A stretch of DNA of 64,000 nt from Ophelia neglecta (Eukaryota), in the NCBI GenBank assembly GCA_965285935.1, contig OZ260663.1, forward strand, positions 75,888,001 to 75,952,000, in the 5' to 3' direction. The notes beneath the pieces are model-generated. The model was not told the DNA's origin and did no database searches. It worked only from the letters and a program-made list of their open reading frames with translations. Shown in pieces: positions 63,401 to 64,000 of the stretch. How positions within the stretch are numbered: the first letter of the stretch is position 1; each line of letters opens with the position of its first letter. The position numbers and the translations under genes were made by a program.

Positions 63401-64000
63401 CTATTCCATGTTGTGATTACCCTTATTATTGTCTACGTTAATTATAATACTAATTGTTGTGATATTTCAGGTCTAAATCCTAATTTCGAGAACTTCTTGA
63501 TCTGCTGGGCAGGATTACTCCTTCTGTCGTACAACGCGATAGCCTTTGGTAAGACGTTGATCAAACTTTTATACAGGTTTTCAAATAAATATTCCCGCGA
63601 AGACATGACCAGGCTTTCCTCGCCAGGTGGCATTGCCTTCGTCTTGTTTAACATTAGTTCATGGTTGTGTATTTTCAGGACACATGGCCTCTGCTATTTT
63701 CCCCAATCCCCAATTGGCTCTGACGTTATTACCATTCATTCTTGGTCTTTCCCTCATCTTCAGTGGATTTCTAGTTAAAGAAGAGTAAGTTTTCTGAAAT
63801 TCTGCCCAAATGATAAACGACGATAACAATGTCAAAGCTGTATAGGCCTACCCACGACACATATCTTAAACCTATTAACGCAGTCACTTGTCACTTTGAC
63901 CATAAACATAGAGAATACATGGATTATACATTTCTATGCTTTGACAAAGTTCCTTATGTATGTTTCAGCTCTATCCTGCCTATATTTATACCATTCCAAG
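57446..64000 (+). CDS. white: ABCG-family half transporter, white-like; continues beyond the right window edge
   Basis: Exons: 57446-57744 (LSWENINV...RILKD), 57979-58026 plus 58262-58448 (Walker A GASGSGKTT; [10 protein letters not shown]), ~58563-58634, 58894-58992 (signature [12 protein letters not shown]), 59258-59424 (Walker [22 protein letters not shown]), ~59533-59603, ~60057-60158 ([10 protein letters not shown]), ~60369-60479, 60672-60700, 60841-60900, 62157-62262 ([12 protein letters not shown]), 62489-62620, ~62800-62892 (EFPVFIKE...AYYIAK), ~63230-63287, ~63471-63548, ~63680-63784 and 63970 onward. The symbol indicates the family, not proven orthology. Confidence 0.95.

Overview
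AT-rich, intron-rich eukaryotic DNA, most likely from a non-vertebrate bilaterian animal; the species cannot be determined from the sequence. I assembled six spliced protein-coding genes by hand from splice sites and reading-frame continuity. Five are on the minus strand: a CLCA zinc-metalloprotease/VWA gene that runs off the left edge through an intronic 419-bp higher-order satellite, a divergent SLC23/NAT transporter, a low-complexity + ZU5-ZU5 + tandem death-domain gene, a 78-aa four-exon secreted Ser/Asp-rich orphan that the ORF track misses, and a YeeE/YedE (TsuA-like) sulfur-compound transporter with two consecutive GC-AG introns. The sixth is a white-like ABCG half-transporter on the plus strand that runs off the right edge. 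There is also an intact 7SL (SRP) RNA gene. A second 7SL copy has lost its 5' 142 nt between two CCGA microhomologies but keeps a homologous upstream region and a Pol III terminator. LINE relics, MITE-like elements, palindromes and a 214-nt assembly gap are also present. The strongest leads are the deleted 7SL copy, the Ser/Asp-rich secreted micro-protein, and the animal YeeE transporter.
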